Source: Haliotis rufescens (taxonomy: Eukaryota). Taken from it: a stretch of 64,000 nt of DNA. The stretch spans positions 5,642,001-5,706,000 of the forward strand of contig NW_025963913.1 in the NCBI RefSeq assembly GCF_023055435.1, given 5' to 3'. The notes under the pieces were generated by a model. It worked only from the letters and a program-made list of their open reading frames with translations, ran no database searches and was not told where the DNA came from. The translations under genes and the position numbers were made by a program. Of the stretch, positions 11,791 to 25,327 are shown one piece after another (the first letter of the stretch is position 1; the number at the start of each line of letters is the position of its first letter).

Positions 11791-13861
11791 GTTTTTGCAA
11801 TGGTTGTCAAATACGTTGTCACGAGAAAATAAATTAACCACGTCACGCGATGAGATAAACAACCACCATTTAATATATTCTTTATATCTGTTCCCATATA
11901 AACTATTTCTTATATGAGAAACATTTTCCACCTTTCCTGCACCTATAAAGGGTGTACATGCCAAGTGTGAACCAGGCCATGCAAACATTTGCTTCTCTGT
12001 TAATTCACGTTTTATCAACCGCATATGTCCAGCAATGATTAGTTACCCTAATTATATAGAGACAATGTCACATGTTTTCACAGTCTCTCGTCCAGCTGAA
12101 TGAGAAAGTTGAATTGCACATTGTCCCGAAATGTACAAGCTTCAAGAATGAGAATAACCTTTATACAATTTAAGCAGTCTTAAATACATTCATAAATGTC
12201 CAATCTCATAATAGTATCCACATGTGAAAGCAGCTTATCATTTGCGTACCCCAGACAGTGTATTTTGAGTGAAATAAGATGTGCGATTCGTTTTCAAACT
12301 TATAATGGTTCTTTCATTTAAAATACGATTGCTGCGCTTATACAAAAAAGATGACACCGAGATGAAACACATTTGTCCATTCACAACACAGAACGCATTG
12401 CAGACCATTGTAAACTAAGACTATATGATTTAGTTGCGTTCTTTCCGAGAAAACGGGAACGTGCAACCAATTGACATATTGTTTACAGGTCGTGACCACA
12501 ACCTACTGCCTAGGAACGCGTTCAGAAGGTAGGTTTGGCAATGCCTACACATTGTACCGATTGTCAGTTTAAAAAAATCCTTAAATAGCTATCATAAAAT
12601 AGTTCATATTCAGTACCCCTTTAATGTGAAATTTGGACTAAATTAATACTGATTTCGTCTCTCTTGGATTTGGTGGTACGAGTAGGCTCACGCATTTCAC
12701 ACATTGCTTTTAAGTTAACCCTTAGTTTAGGACAAGGACTTCACCAATCACTTGCTATATGTTAAATATGAACAGGATCTCCCGGCACAGAGAGATTCAA
12801 GGGCGGGAATACGGTGAAATGCAATCTTTAAATACGCTGATGTAACTGAGCATTTGATGTCTAGAACTTGAGTATGTGATCGAGTATTCGGCATGGTAGA
12901 AACATCTGAATTGAGATCGGGTGATAACAGTTACTGTTTATTTTGAGGATTTGTGTCATCATGATATCAATCACTGGCTTGTCTGGTTCAGAGTCACATC
13001 TTGATATGTCAGTAATATTACTAAAACATTCACCCATTCACTCTATTTTTAAGATGATATTGAAAATTCTCAAAATGACTCGAACAAACAAGTTAATAGT
13101 CGCTAAATTTAAACTCCATGTTCTTCGGGGTAAAGAAGTCAAGATTCATACGCAGTTAATACTTTGGTTTAAATACGAAATTTCCTCATGTGCATATTCG
13201 CAGATTTACGAAAGTTACACAATAAAGCATTTGGTATAGGTTACCCCTGATTAAAACACTAATTATCGGTTAAACAGTGCCCATGTCACTTTGATGTCAC
13301 TCACTCACTGACAGGAACATAGTTTCGTTGTTATTTATATTAGATCTATCCTCAAACACTATATGCTAAGTAATTACTATTTAAATTACCCGTGTCACCA
13401 AATCATTTTCGATGTAATAACTAAAGGTCTGGAGAAGATAAAGCCTTCTTGTCCGAGGTTGATAGCGCTAAACGAACCAGAACAATACGTTTCCCTATTC
13501 ATCAGATCCGCACACATAGGCTTCAATAAAATAGCTATTTTGTGAAGTGACTGATTGGATGTATATACGAAGCTTCAGAAATATCTCTCGTCGTCTCTCC
13601 AGGTACAATCATAAAGATTTCAATTGTTGAAATGAACTGCAAGGAATACCCGACGATAACATCAGTGAGGCACGTGATTTCTTTTGACCAGTGGAGGCCA
13701 GACACAGACATTAATGCACCATGTTTCCCCGTAACCATGTAAACGCGTATATAATGATCCCCGTGACAGGCGTGGATACAATGTGCCTTTAACAGTCTTG
13801 GCGAGTAGCTGGTGTGGTTGTTCTACAGCATCGCACGTTAACAAAGTCACCTGATTTCGAA

Positions 13862-14970
13862 ATGGGTGAACAGTCAACCATCGATTTGGACAACCGAGAT
13901 CCCAACAACATCAACGACCATTTGAAGGTATATTATTTATGTATCCTTATGTTTACGTATCACTGCATGCTGCCTTTGGATATTGCCGAACTGATTGTTA
14001 GATCAATTAATTGGATACAGAAATCGGACAAGCTTTGTATAACATGTTGTCCTAATGCAAAGACTCGTTAACATTTCCTTGTGAGAAATGAATATGTGCA
14101 CATGACAATGTTTGAATTAGAACTGATAAATTAATTATTACGCAAATGAATGTACAAATGGTGTACACAAGCATCAGTAGACAATATGAAGTAGTTGTTT
14201 CTCTTTCGGGCGAAACATTGTCATGAAGTCTTTTTCATTACGAAAATAATATCATAACTATCCAAAAGAGAACTTCGATAATAACACAATGAAAATAAAC
14301 GCCCTGAAACCTCTATCTTCCTCATTTGTTGATGTGACCTCTTCTACTCCCTTCAAAACATTATGCCAAAACTATACGATTTTAGGCATCATTCAAAATA
14401 CAATACAATACAAATGGATATTTGGTAACACTATGGTACATTATTTATCTCGGGCTAACTAAATTTACCCACTCATGATAACGTAACGATATCGACAAAT
14501 TAACAAATATGTTCATCTGGACAATTATGATTTACTGAGAGTATTTCACAGTATCAAAGAGTGTAGTTCACAGATAATATGACGTTCACACATCAGACAA
14601 CCTAATGTGTCCAAGCTAATGTTTCCTACTTTACAACCCACAGGTCCAGTTTGAGGATGTCTTGGCGGAGCCCGAAGGTGCCCACAGCATTGACTGCTGC
14701 TGGAAGTTTACCAACACTTGCTTCAACTGCGCCTTCAAATGCTGCTACATGTTGATGACCCTGTGTGGACCTATCTACGGTCTCTGCTATGGTTGGCAGT
14801 ACGCGATGCTTGCTTGTTCGCACATTTGGCAGTACACACCACAGATCAGAGCTTGCGAAATCAACTGTGTCATGCTGAGGAAAATATACACCATCTGCCT
14901 CAGCTGCTGCCTGACGCCATTCTGCGAATCATGCGGTGGCTTCTTCAGCAGGATTCAAGTCAAACAGTAA
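13862..14970 (+). CDS. Caveolin-like gene unit 3 (subfamily B, most divergent B copy), 130 aa; exons 13862-13927 + 14644-14970
   Basis: Exon 1 MGEQSTIDLDNRDPNNINDHLK|GTATAT; acceptor acaacccacAG; exon 2 VQFEDVLAEPEGAHSIDCCW...FSRIQVKQ*. AATAAA at 15363. Confidence 0.95.
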
Positions 14971-15447
14971 CACAGAAACTATATTGAACTGTCATGCCAT
15001 TCTTACACAAAGTAAAGTATTATGTAAGTCTAATCCGGATGGTTTTAGCTCACCATGCAATAAGTATTCGGAGCACAGTCAACTATTGGCCCTGTTGGTG
15101 GATCAGGAAGGAATGCTAAACACTGATGTTTTCACATGAAGTCTTCAAGCCTTACAGTGATGTATTTCTTAGAAACGTGAACAACATTTATTCAACTGTC
15201 TAAACCATTATGAAAAAGTTATTCCCATACAAAGTCGCGTGTTTATACATATATTTCACTTGATGAAGAAACACTGAACAGAATTGCCATGTTCTGCATT
15301 TTCGTTTGTGTACCCTGGACATGTATTATAGTGTACATATTTGTATCCACATTTCGTGGATCAATAAACCGTCTTATAAAATACTTTGTTTGTTTTTACT
15401 AACTGATTTATTTAATGAAGATCTTTTACTTTGTTTGAAAGTAAAAC

Positions 15448-15665
15448 CTTTTGTTGTTTAACGCCGCACTCAGCAATATTACAACTATATGAGGGCGGTC
15501 TGTAAATAATCGAACCTGGACGAGACAATCCAGTGATCGACATCATGAGCATCAATCTACGCAATTGGGATATGATGACTAGCATCAACCAAGTCAGCGA
15601 GAGGCTGACCACCCGATCCCGTTCGTCGCTTCTTATGACAAGCATGGGTTACTTGAAGGCGACTT
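15448..15665 (-). mobile_element. SINE-like interspersed repeat (Nin/Deu-domain-like); partial copies near 48930-49040 and 12955-13020
   Basis: Reverse strand cccatgcttgtcataagaagcgac...ggatcgggtggtcag...aatattgctgagtgcggcgttaaacaacaa; tail shared with the other SINEs here. Family name is from memory. Confidence 0.55.
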
Positions 15666-15683
15666 CATTAATGAATATGACGC

Positions 15684-15824
15684 NNNNNNNNNNNNNNNNN
15701 NNNNNNNNNNNNNNNNNNNNNNNNNNNNNNNNNNNNNNNNNNNNNNNNNNNNNNNNNNNNNNNNNNNNNNNNNNNNNNNNNNNNNNNNNNNNNNNNNNNN
15801 NNNNNNNNNNNNNNNNNNNNNNNN
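15684..15824. other. Assembly gap (N run); others at 27154-27283, 41135-41341, 59108-59258
   Basis: Runs of N. Confidence 1.
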
Positions 15825-15984
15825 AAGTCGAGTATGCAGTATACATGTTAATTATTTTCAACAGTAAAGACAAGAAATACTAGTAGGTCAAGAATGACAA
15901 AAATTTGACTGAAGACAGTTTAATGGATTAAAAGGCAGATGACATAATTGTTTTTTCAAATGTTAAGGGCTTACACAGTTTCGG

Positions 15985-16805
15985 GTCAATACCCAAAACG
16001 TCAGTCAATGCCTGGTGTGACCACCATTAGCATTGATCACTGCCACACATCTCCTGTACACTGAGTGGATCAGACGATTTGTGAAGGCCCTAGGGATCCT
16101 CCTGCACACATCCAGAGCAGTTGTAGGGACTGGGCGCACATTGTGCAGACGCCTTTGAACCTCATCCCACAAGTGTTCGAAGGGGTTCAGATCAGGGCTG
16201 AGGGATGGCCACGGATGTTGTGTTGTTGCAGAAAGGCCATGGTAGCTCTGGCAACATGGGGAAGAGCGTTGTCCTGCTGGAAAATGAGTTGTTGATGTTG
16301 TGCAAAAAATGGAACAACGTGGGGTCTGATCACTTGGTCGATATACCGCTGAGCAGTGACGCAGTGTCCCCGACCTTGACCAACATTCAGAAAGCACATG
16401 GGTCCAAGTCTCGCATTAAGTCAAATCATGACGCTAGGTCCACCCCATGGATCCCTTTCCACAACGTTTCTGTCAGCGAAACGATCACCTCGACGCCGCC
16501 AAATTCTGACTCTTCCGTCTGCATGGGAGACACAAAAGCGACTTTCATCAGAGATGATGACACGCCTCCACTCACGATGACACCAATTGTGATGACCCTG
16601 TGCCCACTGAAGTCGTGCTTGTCGATCCCGTAGTTGGAGAACAGGACGACGTGCTGGTCGGCGACATCTGAGGTTGTTGGAGACGTCGGATCACAGTGTC
16701 CCGGCTAATGTGTCGATTATGTGTTCCTATGGTCTGTCGAGCACTTTCACTTGCAGTTAGGAACGGATTTCGCTGGTGTTGATGGGTAAGCTGCCGATCT
16801 GAACC
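15985..16805 (-). mobile_element. Tc1-like transposase relic
   Basis: FQQDNALPH, WPSLSPDLNPFEHLWDE, NGGHTRH; frameshifted. Confidence 0.88.
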
Positions 16806-17751
16806 CGCGGCCAGTGGTTTCTTACATGGCTAAAGATTTATTTTCAATGCAAGTGGGTATCCAGTCTTCATTATCTGCCAAAACAGATTAATTTGGGGTG
16901 AAGGTCAAAATAGCTGTGCAAGTTTTATGAATGGACCCCTGATAGAAGGAATGTAACTATAGACTGGTGTTACTCGCTTAATGTTTATGAACAACAAGTG
17001 CAATGCAGATGTTGAATGAGGAAGAATGCGGACATGTTAAAACCCCCCAACAAGACTAACCTTATCATATTCAGAACTCAATAAGTCTAAATGAAATTGA
17101 ACTCAATATATTTGGAGAATTGTATCAGAAAACCTTAAGCAATTTGTCCTTAACCTCGGGGACGTAAGGTTAGCCGAGTGGATAAAGTGTTCGTTCGTCA
17201 GGCCGATATGTGAAGCTTATTATTGATATCCGGCGCCATTCTTGGAATATTAATAGAAGTGGCGTAAATAAAAGCCACAAAACCCTTTAAATATTCGTAA
17301 GAAATCTCTGCTGAAGGCAGACTCTATTGTACGATTCCGACTTTATCACGAGCATGTGTTTATGAATCACTGTGAAATAGTGATGATACAGGTGTTCTTG
17401 AAAAGGCGAGCTTATTCCTGCACACGTCACAAACACACGAAACTTTAAGTCAATTGTTCACATGGAAAAACATGGGGAAAAAAGGGAGTTACGTCGGACA
17501 TCATTTTTGTCACTGATGCGTCATGTTTGGAAATGTCCACTACATGTCAACCATGCAAGTTTTTGAAAGCTTAACTGAGGCCTTGAATGCTGTAACCTTG
17601 ATCAAACAACTTTTGAACAAGAGTGGTATTCTCACTCACTAACTTAACCTCGCCGAAAGAAGAAACCAGCATTACCAGGACTTTTCTTCACGTATCATGA
17701 CCCGCATTAAAACCCACAGCAGTTTGTGTTGTTCTTAGGCTAAAGTACTAA

Positions 17752-19127
17752 GGTAATGCTAAACAAAAAAGGTAGGGGTATGTTGTTTTGAGGTGAAGCT
17801 ACAGGGGAAAACACCAATATCTGGCAAGGGAAGTAAGTGATTTATGTGGCTTGAACATTTCCGAAGAAATGAAGCTCCCACTAACAACACTGTGGCACTC
17901 ATACGTGACCTCGGACAGCATGTACAAAGGGGTGGTATGCCAGATTAACCATTGTCGCTCAGACTCGGTTGCGAGCAGATGAATATTTTCTTGGAACCAG
18001 TCTTTCAAATACACTTTTTAAACATATTTTATCATTAAGGAAGCAAGAGCATTGATCATGCGACGTTTGCAACGTACTGAACGTTCACGTATCATAAACA
18101 TTTTGCAGGTGGACACATCAGTATATTGTTACCCAAACACTGCATGTTTCTCTATCTGTCATCAGCAGATTTTGAGCCTGATACTAACAAACATATAACG
18201 TCGATGATCGAGGACGGCAACAACGCCAATCCAGGACAGATAAGATTAGTCAGAACGTTGACATAAAGAAATCGGCTGCAAACTGCCACTTAAATAAGGG
18301 ACGGTTGCAACATGCCCGGACGGTGCGACATCGTCTGCACAGATGGTATTTGCGTGCACGACGTCTACGTGTCATCCTACAACTAACTGCACCTCATTTG
18401 AATCAGAAGCGCCAGTGGTGTCAGTAACGTCAGCACTGGGACAATCGCCGTTAGGACGTAATGTCATGATTCCTGACGACTCGAGGAGCACTCTCGACTT
18501 TCATGGCCGAAGGAATCGAGTTTGGAGACATCTTAATGAGCGTTTTATGGACGTAAACGTCGTACAGCATGATCGTTCCGGTGGTGGGTTCATAATAGTA
18601 TGGGTTGGTATCACAATGCCTGGCCTAACTGCGCTCCATAGTGTCCATGACAGAGTAACAGGTCAATACTATCGGAACAACATCATTGCCCCACTCGTGG
18701 TGCCATTTGCACAATGTGTTGGGTAACATTTCACCTATCAAGATGATAATGCACGTGCTCATCGTGCAAGGATTGTGACCTTATACATCCAACAGCAAAA
18801 GAGCCATGTAATACCGTGGCCACCACTCTCAATGAACTCGCTGTTGCTCTCACTGATGACTGGAACAACATGAGCCACGCTTACCAGAAGCATGTCTCAA
18901 AAAATTCTTGCATGTCAGGCAAGAGGTGGCTTTACACGATCTTAGTGACGTCGGCTGCAAAATGAAAAATTTGGACCTCTGACCTCTTTAGAGACCTAGA
19001 GCACCATCTCAACACACCCACCTGTTCCCAAACAGATATGATAATATCATTTCCATTTGCCAATACCATATAGATTAGAAGATACGTCTTGATTATTCCC
19101 ACTATCCCCTACTTTTTATGCATAGTA
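17752..19127 (+). mobile_element. Degenerate Tc1-like element with TIR remnants
   Basis: GGGFIIVWVGIT, QDDNARAH. Left end atgctaaacaaaaaaggtaggggta mirrors right end tatcccctactttttatgcatagta. Confidence 0.8.
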
Positions 19128-19820
19128 TATATAAAAATAAACCCGAATTGTGTCCTTGTCTTTCTACAAGTAAAATGGTAGGGCGTAGATAACCCGGTTA
19201 AACCAAAATGCTGAGTACACTGTAACTACAAGTTCAGTGAAAAAAAGTTCTTTTTAAAAAAAATCTATTTCCCGGGTTACATGACCACCGCAAAACCGAG
19301 TAACATATGCCTTGCTTTACTTAAATGTTCACGGTGGAGAGAAATTAGTGGGCAGAGACTATTATAAGATGCAGCACCCCCCCCACCCCCCCCCCCCCCC
19401 ACCCCCCCACCCCACCCCACCCCCACCCCCGACTATGTACTACAGTCCTTTGGCCTCATCAGTACCTAGAATAAAGATTGTTTAAATGATTAATATATAG
19501 TTATGCTATTATTTCATTATTTGCACGATCTTTTTTATACATTCAACTCAGCAAATCACCCCAGCAACCACCTCAAACACCTCTGTTTAGCACTGGTCCT
19601 TAGTGTTAAATTATATCTGGATAGACCAGGTCAGACGAGCACAATAGGATCTGTAAGGTGTATTCAAATAGGGTTTTCAATATAATAGCTATCCACGAGG
19701 AAAGTGAATAGCCTGGTGAATGAGAGAACGAAACCACCGACTTGTACAAACCATAGATACTTCAATAACCGAAACAAACTAGGATCACTATGATACTATG
19801 ATATTTATTTATTGGTACAC

Positions 19821-19842
19821 CACATGACTACTTTGGACCAAT
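19821..19842 (+). promoter_or_regulatory. E-box/M-box (CACRTG)-N11-CCAAT module; also at 13671, 23829, 30003, 34337, 37083, 46249, 50308, 56790
   Basis: Same spacing in 9 units, about 120-225 bp upstream of each ATG, despite diverged flanks. Confidence 0.72.
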
Positions 19843-20009
19843 GAATGACCATATCTGATTCTGAAGTTAGAGTAACGAATGACCCTGTTTCTACGCAAAC
19901 ATGTACAAGATTGAAGTCCTGACAAGCGTATCTACACTTTGAGCGTTGATAAGCAGCAGAACCGTTTCCTCCAAGTTAACGCCCGAAAACAAAGTCCTCC
20001 AATTCCAAG

Positions 20010-21799
20010 ATGCCTAAACAAGCTGCTGTTGAATCATCCATCGATTTGGAAAACCGAGATCCCAACAACATCAACGACCACTTGAAGGTAAAAACATCGA
20101 AGTTCATAAAATGCGACTTTAACTGATTGATTTGAAATCCTATATTCTGTAGCACGTTGATGTCGTTATGCCTGGGATCGGTGATAGAAGACAAAATGAT
20201 TTTTTTATTAGCAGATAAATATTAACACCAATGAAAATGTTTTAATGATACAAATGAAATAATACTTTGGCAAGAGTAGGCGTTGTCTTTAGCATTGCTC
20301 TGATGGCGATGAATTAAATAAGTTGATAAAGCATTTGTCAAACTCGCCGGGTTCAATTCCCACATAGGTACAATTATGCTAGCTTAATTTAATTTCGCTA
20401 ACTGCAGCGTAAAACAATTTAATTGTCATTGTATGGCTTTCAAGTGACAGTTAAATCCTACCCTTCCATAATGTGTCTCCATAGATTTGGTAATAACGAA
20501 TGTGTCTTTTGTAATAATTGAGGATGCATTTTGGCATTGTCTTAAAACCAAATCCTTTAAATAACATAATGTCTATTCATAATTCACATAAGACACATTT
20601 TTGTTACAGTCAAGCTTTTTAATCAAGGTTTCAGATGAATGTCAATAATGACACGTTTCTTGTCTACATGATGCGTGATGATATCCCGTACTTTGACTTT
20701 AACGATGAGTTTTAACTTCTCTTTACTCACTGGCACTGACTTTAATGGATCATTTACTGTGGTCATGCTTGACATGGTTGACAGCGTGGCGTCGAACTCC
20801 TAAGACGTGGATCATTGCGCATGATGATGATGATGATGATGATGATGATGGCTGGGTTGTCTGGTCCACCCTCAATTGTTTGCAGTATTGCAGTATTGCT
20901 GGGTGCGGCCTTTGGCATCTAATTAACATTTTCTTCTGAAAATGCGTTTGAGTGGCGGGGACTACCGGTAGAGAAGGACATGCTTACCCTTTTCGCGAAC
21001 ACCTGGTGTCATCACTGATTTTCAGCAGTGATCCATTCAAATAATTGTCATCATTATTTTGTGTTTTACACCTCATGGAGATTGCTTATTCTCTGGCGTT
21101 AACGTTTTGAATTTATTATGACACGTCTACAGCTTATCAATTACTATTTAAAAAATGTTCAACTCACGTAAATACAAATAATATATAAAAACACACCAAG
21201 GGTATGATATATTTCAATGTGCGCCTGTCAAATAAAATACAATGATTGGGATAGATGGTCGATGATTATGAAAGTATACACAATGTAAAGAAGCATGAGT
21301 GCGGTACATACATCACATTCATACATGATTTCTCTGACTGAAATACATAACATAATGTAATATGCATATTTTCAATATTTGGATCATAAGTGTAGTTTCC
21401 AGATAATGTGCAGTTCACACATCAGATAACCTAACGTGTCCAAGCTAATATTTCCTACTTTACAACCCACAGGTCCAGTTTGAGGATGTTTTGGCGGAGC
21501 CCGAAGGTGCCCACAGCATTGATTGCTGCTGGAAGTTTACCAACACTTGCTTCAACTGCGCCTTCAAATGCTGCTACATGTTGATGACCCTTTGTGGACC
21601 TCTCTACGGCCTCTACTACGGTTGGAGTTACGCTATGCTTGCCTGTGCTCACATTTGGCAGTACACACCACAGATCAAAGCTTGCGAGATCAACTGCGTC
21701 ATGATGAGGAAAGTGTACACCATCTGCCTCAACTGCTGCCTGACGCCATGCTGCGAGTCCTGTGGTGCTGTCTTCAGCAGGATTCAAGTCAAACAATAA
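20010..21799 (+). CDS. Caveolin-like gene unit 4 (B), 134 aa; exons 20010-20087 + 21473-21799
   Basis: Exon 1 MPKQAAVESSIDLENRDPNNINDHLK|GTAAAA; CAG acceptor; intact exon 2 with signature motif. AATAAA at 22323. Confidence 0.94.
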
Positions 21800-22724
21800 C
21801 ACAGACTCAATCGGGAACTATCCTAGCGTTCTTGCACTGAGTAAAACACAGTATACGATTGGCCTGGATGTCTCTTGGACACACTGGCTTCAATGGGAAT
21901 ATGTTATGCTAAAACCAATAACTTGTTCTGCCATCGAGAACAACCTTCATCTGCTGCAGTGACATTTCTGGATGTGAAACTTGAAACCCATCTGTTCTGT
22001 TTTCTAAACAATTCCTGTGTATATTAAGGATCTTGTGTAATATTCAACCTGTCTTGTCACTTCAGTTTGTACAAGAAACTTGACTTAAGGGTCTGGGAGC
22101 ACAAAGTATGCAATTAATAGTACTTTCGCTTATAAAAAAAAACATTATGTAAAGCGTCATGTTTATACAGGACCTTTTTTGTATATATTGCCTTTCGATG
22201 TTAAAATGGACAAGTTTTGTGTTTTTTATATTTTTACAAAAAGAGCTTGATCCAAGCATGATGTATACAGTATTACAACAACGAATAATATTGTACATAC
22301 TTCTACTAGCATTTCTGCGACCAATAAATTTTCTTTTGTTATAAATTCTTTGTTTATTGTGACTTTTGATTCATTTAATGAAGGTATATTATTTATGTAT
22401 GGGCACATGTATTCGTGTTCAGTCTGCTTTTAGCAGATTTCATTGATATCTTGGTGTGTGATATTAAAATGCGGTGGAATTCCCAAAAGAAATCTACGTG
22501 AACGGACGTGGTTTTGAGGGGAATCGGTATGCCCTGAGGACGTAACTATGGTGATTGAGTGAGTGAGTTTAGTTTGAACAATATTCCAGTTATAACACAT
22601 CGTGTCAGCTAAATGTTTAAGGAAACTCCGAAGTGATGCAAGCCTCAGACGTTCGACACGATGAGCACGGGTATGGTTCTCACAAATCTAACAACACAAT
22701 CGGGACGACATTTGGCAGATTCTT

Positions 22725-23480
22725 CCTCAGTTAACATACTGGCCTTACATGTGGTATTATTTGATATGTCACTTCTGCCAAGTTCTTTGATCAAACTATT
22801 AATGTAGTGAGGCTAACATATAATGGTTTTGTTATTTGAGGTCTTGTCAGGGGGAACAACTACCAACCTTCCTTGTAGGGAAGCCAGACTTTGGATGACA
22901 ACTGCCTGGTTCAGAATGGGTTGATTCCAATTCTGATTCCTCTTTTTCACTTTGTTACCCTAACAATGACGACATCACGCACTGACTTATCCCACTCTGA
23001 AAGACATTCAACAGGTTCCTCTTCTCTTTTGGCACATTTATTGGCAAATGCTTCGACAGCATCCATAATTATTTTAAAGTTGTGATCTCAATTGGAAGGA
23101 GGCACCTCACGATATTTTGGTACATATTTGAATAGCTGACGAAAGTTGCTATTCTCAACAATAGAGAAGCCACCTGTGATTATATGACCTACAGGTTCGA
23201 AGCAGTATGCCGAGTCTTGGCAGCCACAAATAGTCGAATCTACATGTACATAGTGAACTGCCAAAACCCCGTTCTGCAACACATTCCTATAATTGAACAA
23301 CATGGATGAAATGGTGTTCCTATAGGTAAATGAAATTGTTAGTGGTTCCTGAAATTTGAAATATTGTGGCACATTTTGAGAAACTGATGTTTGTCTTAGA
23401 ATGATGCTTAAATTTAAGGCATCAATCCCTTTGCATGCAAATCTCAAATTAAAGAACATGCCTGATTAAGCGGAGTCTGC
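22725..23480 (-). mobile_element. Retroelement ORF relic (Penelope-like RT N-terminal region)
   Basis: GHIITG...PKYRE and VVVPPDKTSNN-like peptides, with stops. Confidence 0.5.
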
Positions 23481-24004
23481 CAAATGGAAGGAAAAGAATA
23501 TTTGATTAAAAGTGAATTGTTGAAATGGGGAGAACTCGCTAAGAAATATGTAACATTGATTTACGTGAGCTCTACGTACAGCTCAGATAAACACCATCTG
23601 ACGAATGGAGTTGAACCCTCATACGGATAGGCATAAAAGGATATATCAGATTTATTCAAAGGCCCACACTAGGGTTTTCAATAAGATAGTAATTCCGTGT
23701 GGAAAGTGAATGACTATTTACGAGGCAACGCAGTAACCACCGTCATCAACAAAGGGACAAGCACTAAGATTTCAATGCCCGAAAATAAGGGCGACTTCTA
23801 GGGACATGTCGTGTTGAAAGCCGTAAGCCACATGACTACTTTGGACCAATGAAATAAGTGCCAATGTATGATGCTGTAACTATGTAAACATATACATAAG
23901 GAGTCATAATAAGTTTGAGACACTTTGTCTTGAAGTGCGTGAGAGGGTAGCAGGAATCGTTTGCTCCAAAGTATTGCCCCTCAGCAAAGTAATCTTGTTT
24001 CAAA

Positions 24005-25327
24005 ATGGCAGAACAATCGACTATAGATTTGGAGAACCGAGATCCTAACAACATCAACGACCATTTGAAGGTAAATGAATCTATGCTCATATTTATACAT
24101 ATCATCATTTGAATATTAACCTGTAAATTAAAAAGGAATTAATTGATATTAAATATACCGACAAAATAATAAGGGAGCTATAGTTGAGTTAAACATGTAC
24201 AATAATTGTCTGATCACAATGAAATTTCACATCATGCATGCACGTTCACACAGAAGTCAAAGTGTGCGCGCCTGTAGGGAAACAATGTGTGAATCCCATT
24301 TCTTGGGATACTGCTGAAATATTTCTAAACTCACTCACTCACTTTCTCTCGGATATAGCCTTTGTTGTGGTGTTATGATCACAACCGATGTTGAAAAAGC
24401 ATACTATGTTTAAGAAATAAACGACTTGTGGTCGTTGTTTATCGTACAATAAAACACTCCCGAGTGGTTTATTCTCCATGCAGTGTTTTATTGTACGATA
24501 TTCAACGACTACGAGCGTTTATTTCGTATATGAGATATCCACATTATGTACAGCCTCTTTAAGGATAATGTTAAATTGTACAAGCTTTAAAAACATTTAC
24601 CCGACTCCCTCAATAAAATCTAATACTGGCAATGTCGGACAAGTCAATGTTATTTACAGGTGGGTATTTCCCGCATATTCCCACTATCTTCACGTCGATT
24701 ACCCGTGCCTTTTTTCCCAATTCCGATTGTCATATCTCCTCCGCCTTCGAATATCCAGCAATGACGCCATGATAGAAAAAAGTTGTGAAATAAACCATGC
24801 TTTGTTCTTCATTGTTCTTTGCGATGTATCGCGTAGCTATCTTTTATAATGTAATACGACACTTATAACACGACAGAATGTGTTTCCTTTGACTCAAATA
24901 TACTGTAAAACATAATATTGCAAATTTCTAGATGATGTGAATTCACATATCAGATAATCTAATGCGTTCCCGCTAACGTTTCCTATTTTACAACCCACAG
25001 GTCCAGTTTGAGGATGTTTTGGCGGAGCCCGAAGGTGCCCACAGCATTGACTGCTGCTGGAAGTGTACCAACACATGCTTCAACTGCGCCTTCAAATGCT
25101 GCTACATGTTGATGACCCTTTGTGGACCTCTCTACGGTCTCTACTACGGTTGGAGTTACGCCATGCTTGCCTGTGCTCACGTGTGGCAGTACACACCACA
25201 GATCAGAGCTTGTGAGATCAACTGCATCATGCTGAGGAAAATATACACCATCTGCCTCAACTGCTGCCTGACGCCATGCTGCGAGTCTTGTGGTGCCTTC
25301 TTCAGCAAGATTCAAGTCAAACAATAA
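24005..25327 (+). CDS. Caveolin-like gene unit 5 (B), 130 aa; exons 24005-24070 + 25001-25327
   Basis: Exon 1 MAEQSTIDLENRDPNNINDHLK|GTAAAT; CAG acceptor; intact exon 2. AATAAA at 25835. Confidence 0.95.

Noticed and set aside
14662-14970. ORF-track starts MAEPEG / MQVMFED as true N-termini
   Set aside because: They are TTG codons at or just inside exon 2; the real ATGs are in exon 1.
19811-19842. ER-stress element (ERSE / ERSE-II)
   Set aside because: Order and spacing do not fit CCAAT-N9-CCACG or ATTGG-N-CCACG; E-box plus CCAAT fits better.
21455-21840. Antisense and shifted-frame ORFs over exon 2, recurring in most copies
   Set aside because: Recurrence follows from exon near-identity, not independent conservation; starts are inconsistent and there is no recognisable domain.
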